From NCBI RefSeq assembly GCF_001194135.2, contig NC_068983.1, forward strand, positions 52,743,814 to 52,780,366: a stretch of 36,553 nucleotides of DNA, in the 5' to 3' direction. Of the stretch, positions 23,063 to 33,985 are shown in pieces. The stretch is from Octopus bimaculoides. Lineage: Eukaryota. Position numbers and translations under genes: made by a program. Each line of letters starts with the position of its first letter. Position 1 is the stretch's first letter. The notes below the pieces were generated by a model. That model did no database searches, was not told the origin of the DNA, and was given only the letters and a program-made list of their open reading frames with translations.

Positions 23063-23359
23063 AACATATATTTGCTTCTTTCTTCCTTTCTAGTAAAGTA
23101 AGTGTCAGATGCATGGTGATTAAATGTTTATTTGAAACCACTGTGATTTTGTTTGGTGGCTGTATCTTGCAGTGAGAAAAAAAAAAGTCTTGGTTGCTGT
23201 GAATTTTTATTCATCTATTTATTTCATTTATTTATTTTTTTCTTCTTTCTTTTTTAAATGTCTGGTTACAGATATTTTGCTATTTTCTTCTGTTGGTGTC
23301 TGTGTATACAAATGTATATGCATATGCATATTTATAGCTGTATATTCATATAAAGTGTA

Positions 23360-23391
23360 ATGTATAATGTATGAACAGTTTGTATGTATTT

Positions 23392-23442
<51 letters not shown>

Positions 23443-23469
23443 CATACATATACACACATATATTTATAC

Positions 23470-23504
<35 letters not shown>

Positions 23505-23607
23505 CATACATATATATATGTATATATATGTCTATGTATATATATATATATAATATATATGATATATATATATATATATGTATGTAGGTATATATACACA
23601 CATATTT

Positions 23608-23657
<50 letters not shown>

Positions 23658-24155
23658 GCATATATATGTATATATATGTGTATGTATGTATATGTATATT
23701 TATAAATATATATAATANNNNNNNNNNNNNNNNNNNNNNNNNNNNNNNNNNNNNNNNNNNNNNNNNNNNNNNNNNNNNNNNNNNNNNNNNNNNNNNNNNN
23801 NNNNNNNTGTATGTATGTATATTGGTATTGCATAATGTTTATCTTTGAAGCACTAGAGTTCTGTCATTGTGAACAGTTTTTATTTTTTTGTATTGAGCTC
23901 AGTTTCAAGTGTTTTGTTAAATAAACTTCCATGATTCTGTCTGCTTTGTGTGTATGCACGCACGTGTATGTATATATGCATATGTATGTATATATGTGCG
24001 CATGTCTGTGTGCATATGTGTTCTTCATGTGTGTGTGAGGGAGCGTTGTGTGTATGTGTGCATATGATTTTCTTTGTGCAAGTATTAGTTTGTGTGTGAG
24101 TGTGTGTATGTTCTATGTTTGTTCTATGTGCTCTATGTTTGTTCCACGTGTGTGT

Positions 24156-24196
<41 letters not shown>

Positions 24197-24290
24197 ATCT
24201 GTGAGTGTGTGTACATCTGTATCCTTTGTGTATGTATGTGAGTGTGCCAATGTACCTCTATATATATCTGTGTGTACATGTGTGCATTTT
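23360..24290. repeat. Long compound TA/CA/TG microsatellite region with gap
   Basis: Direct reading. Confidence 0.9.
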
Positions 24291-24727
24291 TGTATTGCTA
24301 GTTTTTTGAGCCAGATTTTAAAACCTAATGCAATGAGCACTGCTTTTATTATTCTTATTCTGTTTCCAATGTCTGCAACTGTGTTTAATCGGTAATTAAC
24401 GGCATCACCTTTAAAAGTTTGACACAATTGCACCAAACAAAGTATTTAGTCTGGAACACCTATTTTATAAACTGCAGATGGTGGAGAGACAAAGTTAACC
24501 TAACTGTGATAAATATTATAAAGTTTGATCTTCCTGTAAGCATTTAAATATTCAAACCATATATGATAAAATTCAGGTATGACAGGAATAGTTGTGTATC
24601 AAAATGCTCTGGGAATATCTTATTAAAATATCACAAGTCTTTACATTCTTTTCTTGATACATATTTTTAAAGAGAAAGTTAATAGTTTTGTAGACTAGAG
24701 AATTATATTTTACTATTAACATCTTTG

Positions 24728-24892
24728 TACACAGTCATAGCTGTGGTAAGAATTCTGCTTCCCAATTATATGGTTCTTGGTTCAGTCCGATTAAGTTGCC
24801 CATAGGGGCAAGTGTCCTCTACTATATCCTCTGGCCAAACAAAGCCTTGTGAGTGAATGTGGAAGATAGAAACTGAAAGAAGCCCATTGAAT
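24728..24892 (+). mobile_element. SINE family A, 5' half (diverged)
   Basis: CAAAGCCTTGTGAGTGAATG...GAAACTGAAAGAAGCCCATTG. Confidence 0.8.
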
Positions 24893-24959
24893 ATATATAT
24901 GTATATACATATATATGATGGATTCTCCTGTCAGTTTCAGCGTATGAGGCTCAGACAAC

Positions 24960-25469
24960 ATACTCTTTGTCAGTCATAATGCTTATGTCAAACATGACAT
25001 TTAAGTCCTGCCAGCGATTTGCAAAGAAGGCCAGAAGGTCAGTACAGGTAGTATACATGAAGCTGTTTTTCTCCTTTGTCTTGCATCCCGAAGCCTGTTT
25101 AATGCTGGTTGCAACAGAGTTTTTAATACCATTTTGACACAACAATCTCCATTTTGTTCATTCCAAGCTTGTTCACTCAAGGGTGTTGTGAGCTATCTTC
25201 ATCTCTAAGAGGTCACACTTCAGGTTGACCGTATATCTGAGCCATGGTTGGCCAATGAGGTCATGAGGACTTTGGGTATTCTTTCGTCACTCTTTCTGAC
25301 AACATAGCCAGCCCAGTGCAATTTGATTGTATAAGGAAGCCCTCAATTCTACCAGTCTTACACTTGCTAAACAAGTCAGCATTAAAAAAATTGGCTTTTA
25401 GTGAATAACTGCAGATTGTCTTCAGACTGTCATTGTGGAAGATGTCTAGCTGGAAGATGTCTATACATA
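24960..25469 (-). mobile_element. RTE-type LINE ORF2 3' remnant
   Basis: Minus frames give IKLHWAGYVVRKSDERIPKVL, QPWLRYTVNLKCDL and LLCKSLAGLKCHV*HKH (a terminal finger). Confidence 0.8.
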
Positions 25470-26494
25470 NNNNNNNNNNNNNNNNNNNNNNNNNNNNNNN
25501 NNNNNNNNNNNNNNNNNNNNNNNNNNNNNNNNNNNNNNNNNNNNNNNNNNNNNNNNNNNNNNNNNNNNNNNNNNNNNNNNNNNNNNNNNNNNNNNNNNNN
25601 NNNNNNNNNNNNNNNNNNNNNNNNNNNNNNNNNNNNNNNNNNNNNNNNNNNNNNNNNNNNNNNNNNNNNNNNNNNNNNNNNNNNNNNNNNNNNNNNNNNN
25701 NNNNNNNNNNNNNNNNNNNNNNNNNNNNNNNNNNNNNNNNNNNNNNNNNNNNNNNNNNNNNNNNNNNNNNNNNNNNNNNNNNNNNNNNNNNNNNNNNNNN
25801 NNNNNNNNNNNNNNNNNNNNNNNNNNNNNNNNNNNNNNNNNNNNNNNNNNNNNNNNNNNNNNNNNNNNNNNNNNNNNNNNNNNNNNNNNNNNNNNNNNNN
25901 NNNNNNNNNNNNNNNNNNNNNNNNNNNNNNNNNNNNNNNNNNNNNNNNNNNNNNNNNNNNNNAACAGACTATATATTATTCATGTAAAATACAGTGTACA
26001 TTTAATACACATTAGAGATGCCCATAAAAGGACATCTAACCCGCTAGAAAGAGCAGCCAAAGCTCTACACCACAAAATTAGGGATAATTTTGAAAAGGAA
26101 TGAAAAATAAAAACATTTACCATCTATATTTTGAACCAGGTTTCAAGTTATTTTAGCAAAACAAACTATTTATTTTGCAAGGCCAACTATCATCAGTGAA
26201 ATAGCCTAGATTGACATATATGCACGAGGCACTCCATAGAAAACATGACTTGTGCATATATGTCTAATTTTTCAAAAATTACCACGCATGTGTGGAATAC
26301 CTAATCGGCAGCAAATACAAAAAAATGTCGATTTTTCAGAAATTAGCCAAAAACATTTTATAATTAATAAGTCTTAGAGTAGCAAAAATTATATATATAT
26401 ATACATGCATAAAAATATGCATGCATACATACATACATACACACACAATATCTAAATGCGATCTACTATTAATTTCATGCTGTGTAAACATAAA

Positions 26495-26670
26495 AATCCG
26501 ACGGCAGTAGTAGCAGTGAAAGCAGCAGCAGCAGAAGCAGTAGCAGCAGTAGCAGTAACAGTGGCAACGGTACCAACGGCAGCACAGGTAGTGGCACTGG
26601 TGGTGGCAGCTAATGGACTGCAACAGCAGCAACAACAGTTGTCGATGATGATGATGCAGAGAAGGAGGAG
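26495..26670. repeat. CAG/AGT/GAT low-complexity tract
   Basis: Direct reading. Confidence 0.85.
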
Positions 26671-26990
26671 GAAAACAGTGCTAATTATGTCAAAAATTAC
26701 TACATCAATTAACTCCAGCCTAAACTCTCGATGTCAACTAGTTATTGATTCTTTCCATTAAGTGGATAACATTCATTTTTTTTCTTATAAATCTAGGAAT
26801 TATGTCAACTCTATACTAACTCAAAAGTTCCAGAAAACCTAAGTTGTCTTAGTAAATGAGAATAGTTACTAACTAGAATTAGTAGCCGAGTAATAGTATA
26901 TACACTGATAAAAAAAATCACTTTGGTAATAAGTATTAAAGAGATTTGTACTGTTGNNNNNNNNNNATATATATATATATATATATATAT

Positions 26991-27156
26991 ATACGGCAGG
27001 CTTCTTTCAGTTTCCATCTACCAAATCCACTCACAAGGCTTTGATCAGCCCGAGGCTATAGTGGAAGACACTTGTCTAAGGTGCCACGCAGTGGGACTGA
27101 ACCCAGAACCATGTAGTTCGTAAGCAAGCTACTTACCACACAGCCACTCCTACGCC
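26991..27156 (-). mobile_element. SINE family A, 5' half (young)
   Basis: Close match to the reverse complement of 22571-22730. Confidence 0.92.
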
Positions 27157-27492
27157 TTATGTGAAAACAACATAGAAAATGATAGGAAATTATAAATGAT
27201 AGGAAAGCTTCTTAGAAAACAATAACATACACAATGTCTTCTGGTTTTATTTCTAAGTTATCTTAGTTTGAATTCTATAATCTGTTGGATTACACTGGCA
27301 ACACTTGATACCAATGTATTTATCTCATGTATCTAGAGTAAGTCAGCATTTAAGAAACTAATCCACCTTAAGCTACATTTACAAGATTTGCACCCAGGAC
27401 GAAAAGAACTCACTGATCAATTATAGTGTGTTTATTATACAGCAAGCTGGCAGAATGGTTAGTGTTGGAAGAAAATGCTAAGCAAGGTTTCT

Positions 27493-27726
27493 TATTTCTT
27501 TATTGCCCACAAGGGGCTAAACATAGAGGGGACAAACAAGGACAGACAAAGGGATTAAGTCAATTACATCGACCCCAGTGCGTAACTGATACTTAATTTA
27601 TCGACCCTGAAAGGATGAAAGGCAAAGTCGACCTCGGTGGAATTTGAACTGAGAACGTAAAGACAAATGAAATACTGCTAAGCATTTCACCCAGCAGGTC
27701 AACTTTTCTGCCAACTTGCCGCTTTT
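27493..27726 (-). mobile_element. SINE family B monomer (tail 1)
   Basis: 12-bp TSD AGCAAGGTTTCT at 27481-27492 and 27727-27738. Confidence 0.93.
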
Positions 27727-27760
27727 AGCAAGGTTTCTTCCAACTCTTTATGATGTCAGT

Positions 27761-28589
27761 CAATGTTTCTCAACCATTTTTTACCTATAGATTCCTTTGG
27801 TTTCTGTTTTATTCCGATGGATCCTCTTGGCCATTCGATGCTTAATAAATCATGTTATATTTTTATAATAAAATATTATTAGGAATTCTATAAAAAAAAG
27901 TTTGAATATTTTGTTTGAGGGCTTTGGATAGTGTGACATGGATGGACATGATGTGGAATGAGGAAGTGCAAAGGTGAGCAGGAATGAGAAAAACTAACAA
28001 CCAAAATGTATAGACAAATGTTGAGGTGGTTTGGGTACATGGAAAGGGTGGATGAGGAGTGGATGGTAAGGAGGGTGATGAAGGTAGAAGTGGTAGGCAG
28101 CAGAACCAGAGGCAGACCCCGGTTTGTGTGAATGGATAGTGAGAGGAAAGCTTTGATGGTTAGAGGTGTTGGAGTGAGAGAGACAAGGGAATTTATAAAT
28201 GATAGAAAAGCTTAGTGTTTGTGGATGGATGAGTGAATTTGGTGTTGCTTATAGGGGTAGGAAACCAGCATCATGTGGCAGGGATAAACCAGCATATGCT
28301 GTCAGGCCTCGCTACTGATATTGGGGATTGCGTTCTATGCCTTGACTTGAGCATAGGATGGGGCTCACCTCTTTGAGCTGGGAAATGAATGGAATGCCTG
28401 GTGTGTGTCTTGTTATGGCCACCCTCTCCGAAAAAAATGGTGAATAGGTCTGGGTACATGTATGTATATGTAAATTGTCAAAGTATAACCAATTTACTGC
28501 AGATAAACTTTAACAACAGAATCTTATGTGGAACCCCAAGGGCCATATGGAACCTCAAGGGCCAAATGGACCCTATTTGAGAACCACTA
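27761..28589. mobile_element. hAT-type MITE with nested LINE fragment
   Basis: TIRs CAATGTTTCTCAA / TTGAGAACCACTA; perfect 8-bp TSD ATGTCAGT at 27753-27760 and 28590-28597. Confidence 0.85.
27914..28400 (+). mobile_element. RTE-type LINE 3' end
   Basis: LRALDSVTWMDMMWNEEVQR, then from 28021 LRWFGYMERVDEEWMVRRVMKVEVVGSRTRGRPRFV*MDSERKAL; the right boundary is a guess. Confidence 0.85.
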
Positions 28590-30399
28590 ATGTCAGTTCA
28601 AATTCTGTCCCAGTTAACTTTGCTGTAGATTCCATTTCGGAATCAATAAAATAAAGTACAAATCAGGTATTGAAAATAAATATTATGGACTAACTCACTC
28701 TTTTTATATTTACTAACCTCGTATCTAAATTAGAAACCATTGTCTACCGCAATAAACTATACCTACCCCATGGTATCTCTTCACTATTATATGAACTAAG
28801 ACAGCAAGGGTGAAACACCTTAAGCAGAATGTAAATAGTAATTGTAAACTATTCATATTATAGTCCAACATCCCATAAACTGTGTCCCAGCTGCAATTCA
28901 GTTTGTCTCTGACAGAAGTCGAATTTAGTATTCGGTACGTGAGCAATTAACGACTATACAAAAGACAATAGAAATAATTTATATAGATTTGCGTCCAGAT
29001 TTACTTCTTCTAAAAGCGTTTGCAACTGAAAGCTGATTGCCTTCAGTTAAAAATAGATTTAGCCAGATAATAGATATATGAATAATAATCTATACTAAAG
29101 TAATGATAGTGTGTCATTAAGAAGTATTACACAAAGATAAAACAAATATGAAAGTATATATTTCATTTTATAGGTTTCCAATATTTAATGGCTGTCTATT
29201 TTTGATGTAGTAGGAATAACTCAATTTAGCAACACATCTGCACAAACACTCTAGCGCATGATGCTAGTATGCATATATTTATGTTGTCAGACGGTGTTAA
29301 GTGTGAGCATTCATACTAAAAGTGTTTGAAAGATGTGGAATCCATATGTAGAGAATATCATGATGTTCCTTTCAAATGAATAGATGTAATTTTTTGCAGA
29401 TGTATATATTTTGTAAAAAAAAAAAAATATACATATCTATTGAATTTCCAGTAGTCATATATTACTGCTTATATTCAATACTAGAAATGTTAACTGGCTG
29501 ATTTTTTCCCCTTCTTTTCTATAAAAGATACACATACAAACAAATATTTTATTTTTTATTTTCCTTCTATATCATTGTCACTTATTATCATTATTATTAT
29601 TACTATTATTTTTTTTTTTTTTACAATGATTAAAGGATGAAAATATATTCAGAAAATAAAGTATATTGACGAGAAAAAACTTTTCTACAGAATAAATTTA
29701 ATGATATTCATAGTGAATTGTCTATAGCTTCTTTTTTTAATGTCACATATTTCAAAAATATATTTCTTTCTCTTGAAAATATTTCTTTAAAATGTTCGTC
29801 ATAAAACCTCACTTGAATTTTCAACACAGCCTCTATTTTTCAATACAACTTTTATTCTTATTTTTTAATTACATTATCTAAAGTAATATTTTATAATAGC
29901 TAAAAATATTTCATTTACAAAATATGTTTAAAATATATTTACCTAATGAAATTCCTACTTTAGGTCACCATATAAAAAAAAAACATATATATAGAAATGT
30001 TTGTATCTAAGAGTCCAAACACGTTTAGATGTTAATTGAGTTTTCGAGAAAAATTCTTAAAATGAATTTAAAATCTTTTCAAATTTACAATGATATATTC
30101 TTCCTTTTAATATAGAATATTGTAATATCATTGTATTTTAAAATTTTATTTCTTGCTCCAATTTCTTTTATATTATATTAAGAAATAACGATAATATGGA
30201 TGCAATATCAATATTTTTAGTTTTATATAAATACTTGTACATATATGAACATATATTTTCATAGATTTTTCAAAGATATAATTACCTACATGAAATATTC
30301 TACTTAGGCAAATATACTTATACCAGTAGCTATATACTCTCATATTCAAGTGTAGGTTTATGCCAAATATAATTTTTTTCAAAATTGGCCAACTCAGTT

Positions 30400-30545
30400 G
30401 CAAGCATGGCTGTGTGGTTAAGAAGCTTGTTTGACAGCAACTTAGTTTCCAGTTCTGACCCACTGTCTGATACCTTGGGTGTCTTCTACAGTAGCCCCAA
30501 GTCGACCAATGTTTTGTGAGTGAATTTAGCAGATTGAAACTCTGT
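30400..30545 (+). mobile_element. SINE family A-like, diverged
   Basis: GCATGGCTGTGTGGTTAAGAAGCTTG...TGTGAGTGAATTT. Confidence 0.7.
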
Positions 30546-30744
30546 AAAAGTGCATTAGTGACCGAGACCCTTGGAAATATGCTGTGCGTGGGAAGACCTG
30601 GCATAGTTCTTTATATATACAGGAATTTGATTATGCTTGTTTACTTGTATAATGGGAGCCAGTTGCATTTCTTCAGGTGATACTCAATTGCTGTCCCCAT
30701 TAGTTACAAAACATTCGACTTCAATGCTAACACAACCATCTGCC

Positions 30745-30933
30745 TGTTGGTGATTTTTTTTTCCTCCGTCTTCCTTCTCTATTGGACTTTCCTCTGTTTC
30801 TGAAGAAGAGCTTTGCTCGAAATGTAAAAACCACCTTTCTTTCCTTCTCTGAGCGTCTCCTAGTACTTTACATGTACCACGTCCTAGTGTTGTTTTTTCT
30901 TTGTTTTTTTGTGTTTGTTCTTCATTGTTTTGG
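30745..30933 (+). mobile_element. Short hammerhead-bearing repeat, same family as 9210-9420
   Basis: Aligns with the reverse complement of 9210-9420. Confidence 0.8.
30796..30830 (+). ncRNA. Minimal type-I hammerhead motif H7, closest to intact
   Basis: ttt-CTGAAGA-A-GAGC(TTT)GCTC-GAAA-TGT-A-aaa: intact core, perfect stem II, GUA triplet; stem III ATGT instead of ACGT. Confidence 0.7.
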
Positions 30934-30967
30934 NNNNNNNNNNTATATATAATTGACTTCTAGATAT

Positions 30968-31380
30968 ATATCATCATCATCATAATCATTTAACGTCCAT
31001 TGTCCATGCTGGTATGGGTCGGACAGTTTGACCAGGGTTGGTATGCTGTGGGGTTGCACCAGACTCCAGTTTGATTTGACATAGTTTCTATGGTTGGATG
31101 CCCTTCCTAACGCCAACCACTCCGAAAGTGCAATGGGTGCATTTTATGTCCCACCAGCATGGGTGCCATTTGCATGACATTAGTATCTGTCTTAACTGCA
31201 ATTTCACTTGGCTCAGTGGCTCTACTTCGCAAACACAGCATATCACCAAGGGTTTCCATCATTTGTCATCACATCTGTGAGGCCCAACACTTAAAAGGTG
31301 CTTTTTATGTGCCACCGGCATGGGAGCTAGTTATGTAACACCAGCATTGGCCACATTACCTCCATGAGACCCAACACTCG
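30968..31380 (-). mobile_element. Family D variant element
   Basis: D 3' end with (GAT)n tail; 5' region shared with 18038-18292. Confidence 0.85.
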
Positions 31381-31663
31381 AATTGTTCGAGTTACATGAC
31401 ATACATGACATAAAAGACATAACATTAAATTTTGAGCTTGAAATGAGAAACTATTTTCCGAGGACAAGTACAGAATCAGTCTCTTATATGATTTTTCTAC
31501 TTACTTATTCTAAGAATGTTCAAATTATCCATCTTCAGTGACATTTCCCCAATAATGACAAGACATAAATTTTATCAAAGCAACTTATAAAATATTTAAT
31601 TTCTCTCAAGAGTAATATCAGCAAGTATAAAAATCACCAACAAATTGTGATAGTTATTAACAG

Positions 31664-31770
31664 TTGCAAAACCTGAAAAGTGTTACAAGTTTGTTGCACA
31701 TAATTTAGCTCTTGCCAATTCTCGGCAGCTAAATGCCAAAGCTCCGTCTATAGAATGTCCACCTTCGTAG
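31664..31770 (+). CDS. Candidate terminal coding exon of an unidentified host gene
   Basis: TTATTAACAG acceptor, then open frame AKPEKCYKFVAHNLALANSRQLNAKAPSIECPPS*; non-repetitive, balanced composition; no homology recognised. Confidence 0.25.
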
Positions 31771-31872
31771 TTGATGTTGCTAATGTCTATCTTGTATTTA
31801 CAGAGAAACACATACACGCACACACACACTGCACATACACGCATATATACACACACGCTGACGTGGATATAT

Positions 31873-32085
31873 TCTTTTATTTGTTTCAGTCATTTGACTG
31901 TGGCCATGCTGGAGCACCGCCTTTAGTCGAACAAATCGACCCCAGGACTTATTCTTTGTTAACCTCGTACTTATCCTAAAGGTTCACTTTTGTCGAACAG
32001 CTAAGTTACAGGGATGTAAACACACCAGCATCGGTTGTCAAGCGATGGGGTGGTGGGACAAACACAGACACACAAACATATACGC
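31873..32085 (-). mobile_element. SINE family A, 3' half
   Basis: TTTCAGTCATTTGACTGTGGCCATGCTGGAGCACCGCC...GACAAACACAGACACAC. Confidence 0.9.
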
Positions 32086-32098
32086 ACACATACATACA

Positions 32099-32132
<34 letters not shown>

Positions 32133-32147
32133 CATACATATATTTAC

Positions 32148-32840
32148 CAGGGGTGTAGCCAGACCACTTATGCATACCTTCCCTTCTTTGGACACAAAAC
32201 CCTGCTTGCGAAGACCTGGTGGGGCAAGTGAAATCGAAATCGAAATCAAATTTGAAATTGAACCAAATTTGACGACAGGCACCCACGCCCACCTTCCTAC
32301 CTTGGACACTAATCTCTGCTTGCGAAGACCTGTTGGGGCAAGTGAGATTGAAACTGAACCAAATTTGATCACTGGCACCCATGCCAGTGGAGCACTAACT
32401 GCACCATCCAAGCAGGATCACTGCCAGAGCAGCTGCCTGGCTTCCGTGCCAGGCACGTAAAAAGCACCATTTGAGCATGATCGTTACCAGCGTCACCTTA
32501 CTGGCACTTGTGCTGGTGGCAGGTGAACAAAATGTATGAGTGAGGTCATTGCCAGTGCTGCTGGACTGGCTCCTGTGCAGGTGGCACGTAAAAAACACCA
32601 TCTGAGCATGGCCGTTGCCAGTACCGCCAGACTGGCCCTCGTGCTGGTTGCACGTAAAACACCCACTACACTCTCAGAGTGGTTGGTGTCAGGAAGAGCA
32701 TCAAGCTGTAGAAACTCTGCAAGATCAGATTGGAACCTTGTGCAGCCATCCGGTTCACCAGTCCTCAGTCAAATCGTCCAACCCATGCTAGCATGGAAAG
32801 CAGACGTTAAACAATGATGATGATTATGATGATGATGATG

Positions 32841-32842
<2 letters not shown>
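32148..32842 (+). mobile_element. Family D element, longest copy (duplicated ~115-nt 5' unit plus four modules)
   Basis: GCTTGCGAAGACCTG(G/T)TGGGGCAAGTG occurs twice; modules near 32452, 32516, 32581, 32647; (GAT)n tail. Confidence 0.92.
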
Positions 32843-32912
<70 letters not shown>

Positions 32913-32959
32913 CCAATGTGTACATACACCGCTCTCTCTATATATATATATAAATACAA

Positions 32960-33584
32960 AAAAGGGACAACAAAACATCCAGATCGATGATACAAAGAAT
33001 ATAAGGATTGGTCATTCAGAGTTTTCTTTCCTTAGTTGAGTTCCAGATTATCTTTGCAATTTCAGCTGGTTATACACGAGATTGCTCCAATCTGGCCAGC
33101 CCCAAGGAAAAACTAAGCTAAGAGCATTAGATTCCTTAGAAGAAAGCAGTGAATGTATACAAAAACCGAGAATGTTAGACAATACAAATAACAGGACATA
33201 ACAACAGGTGTCTTTCAACTAAGGACGACTTAAATTAATCTGACAAGTGTGGAAAATAAAGCCTTATGGCAGGAATACAAGATTTCACAGGCACAGGGAG
33301 GAATATAGATATTGCAGGGACGATGGCTGAACCAAGAAAGAAAGATCAGGCTTGGCTGGACGCCAGTCATGTGGAGGAGAGAAGAGAGAGAGGTAGAGGC
33401 AGAGGGACAGAAGAATTGAGGAGGGACGAGAAAAAACGACAGGGACACAGTGAAGTGAAAAGAGGAGGCAGGAAGAGAAGGCAGGGAAATGTGAGAGAGG
33501 GGGAAGGAAATAACGAAGAGTGGAATGAACAAATAAGCATGGAAGCGGTGATAGTAAGAAAGTATAGAGTCGTACAAGATTTAG

Positions 33585-33590
<6 letters not shown>
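32960..33590. other. Unclassified repeat-like segment, purine-rich on +; 11580-11960 has a similar style
   Basis: Composition only; no diagnostic motif. Confidence 0.3.
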
Positions 33591-33624
<34 letters not shown>

Positions 33625-33626
33625 TG

Positions 33627-33854
33627 AGCTACAGGCATGGCTGTATGGTTAAGAAGTTTGCTTTTAAACATAATGGATGGGGGTTCTGTCTGAGTCCCTA
33701 GCACCTCAGACAAGCATCTTATCTTCTACTTTATCTTTGAGTCAATCAAAGTATCCGGTTGTAGGAATTGGCATCAAACAAATTCTATCTGACCCATGAA
33801 AGCATGGAAAAGCAGATGTTAAAATGATAATGATAATGATGCCAATGATGATGG

Positions 33855-33898
<44 letters not shown>

Positions 33899-33900
33899 AT
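33627..33900 (+). mobile_element. Diverged family A head followed by a diverged D-type 3' end with (GAT)n
   Basis: GGCATGGCTGTATGGTTAAGAAGTTTGC; GACCCATGAAAGCATGGAAAAGCAGATGTTAAAATGAT. Confidence 0.65.
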
Positions 33901-33930
33901 GCTTATGATCTATTTATCTCTCTCTGTCTC

Positions 33931-33985
<55 letters not shown>

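Larger units (their letters stand above)
27441..28660 (+). mobile_element. Old B-like SINE split into three pieces by later insertions
   Basis: Pieces 27441-27492, 27727-27760 and 28590-28660 join into a colinear B-like head, B box (AGTTCAAATTC) and body. Confidence 0.6.

Noticed and set aside
24409-24471. Minus-strand exon with strong acceptor and AAG|GTGATG donor
   Set aside because: Stop codons in all three frames.
26456-26761. PolyA/polyQ ORF (also poly-Ser at 1316-1513 and poly-Met at 33824-34063)
   Set aside because: Trinucleotide low-complexity tracts or retroelement (GAT)n tails.
28718-28953. Minus-strand exon with strong splice sites, and ORF 28725-28946
   Set aside because: All frames are interrupted across the exon and no homology is recognised; a non-coding exon is not excluded.
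33007-33045. Minus-strand CTAAGGA-AAGAAAACTCT-GAATG as a hammerhead
   Set aside because: Too many core mismatches to support from one copy.
33266-33652. 128-aa R/E/G-rich ORF
   Set aside because: Purine-rich low-complexity sequence ending in (TA)n and a SINE.
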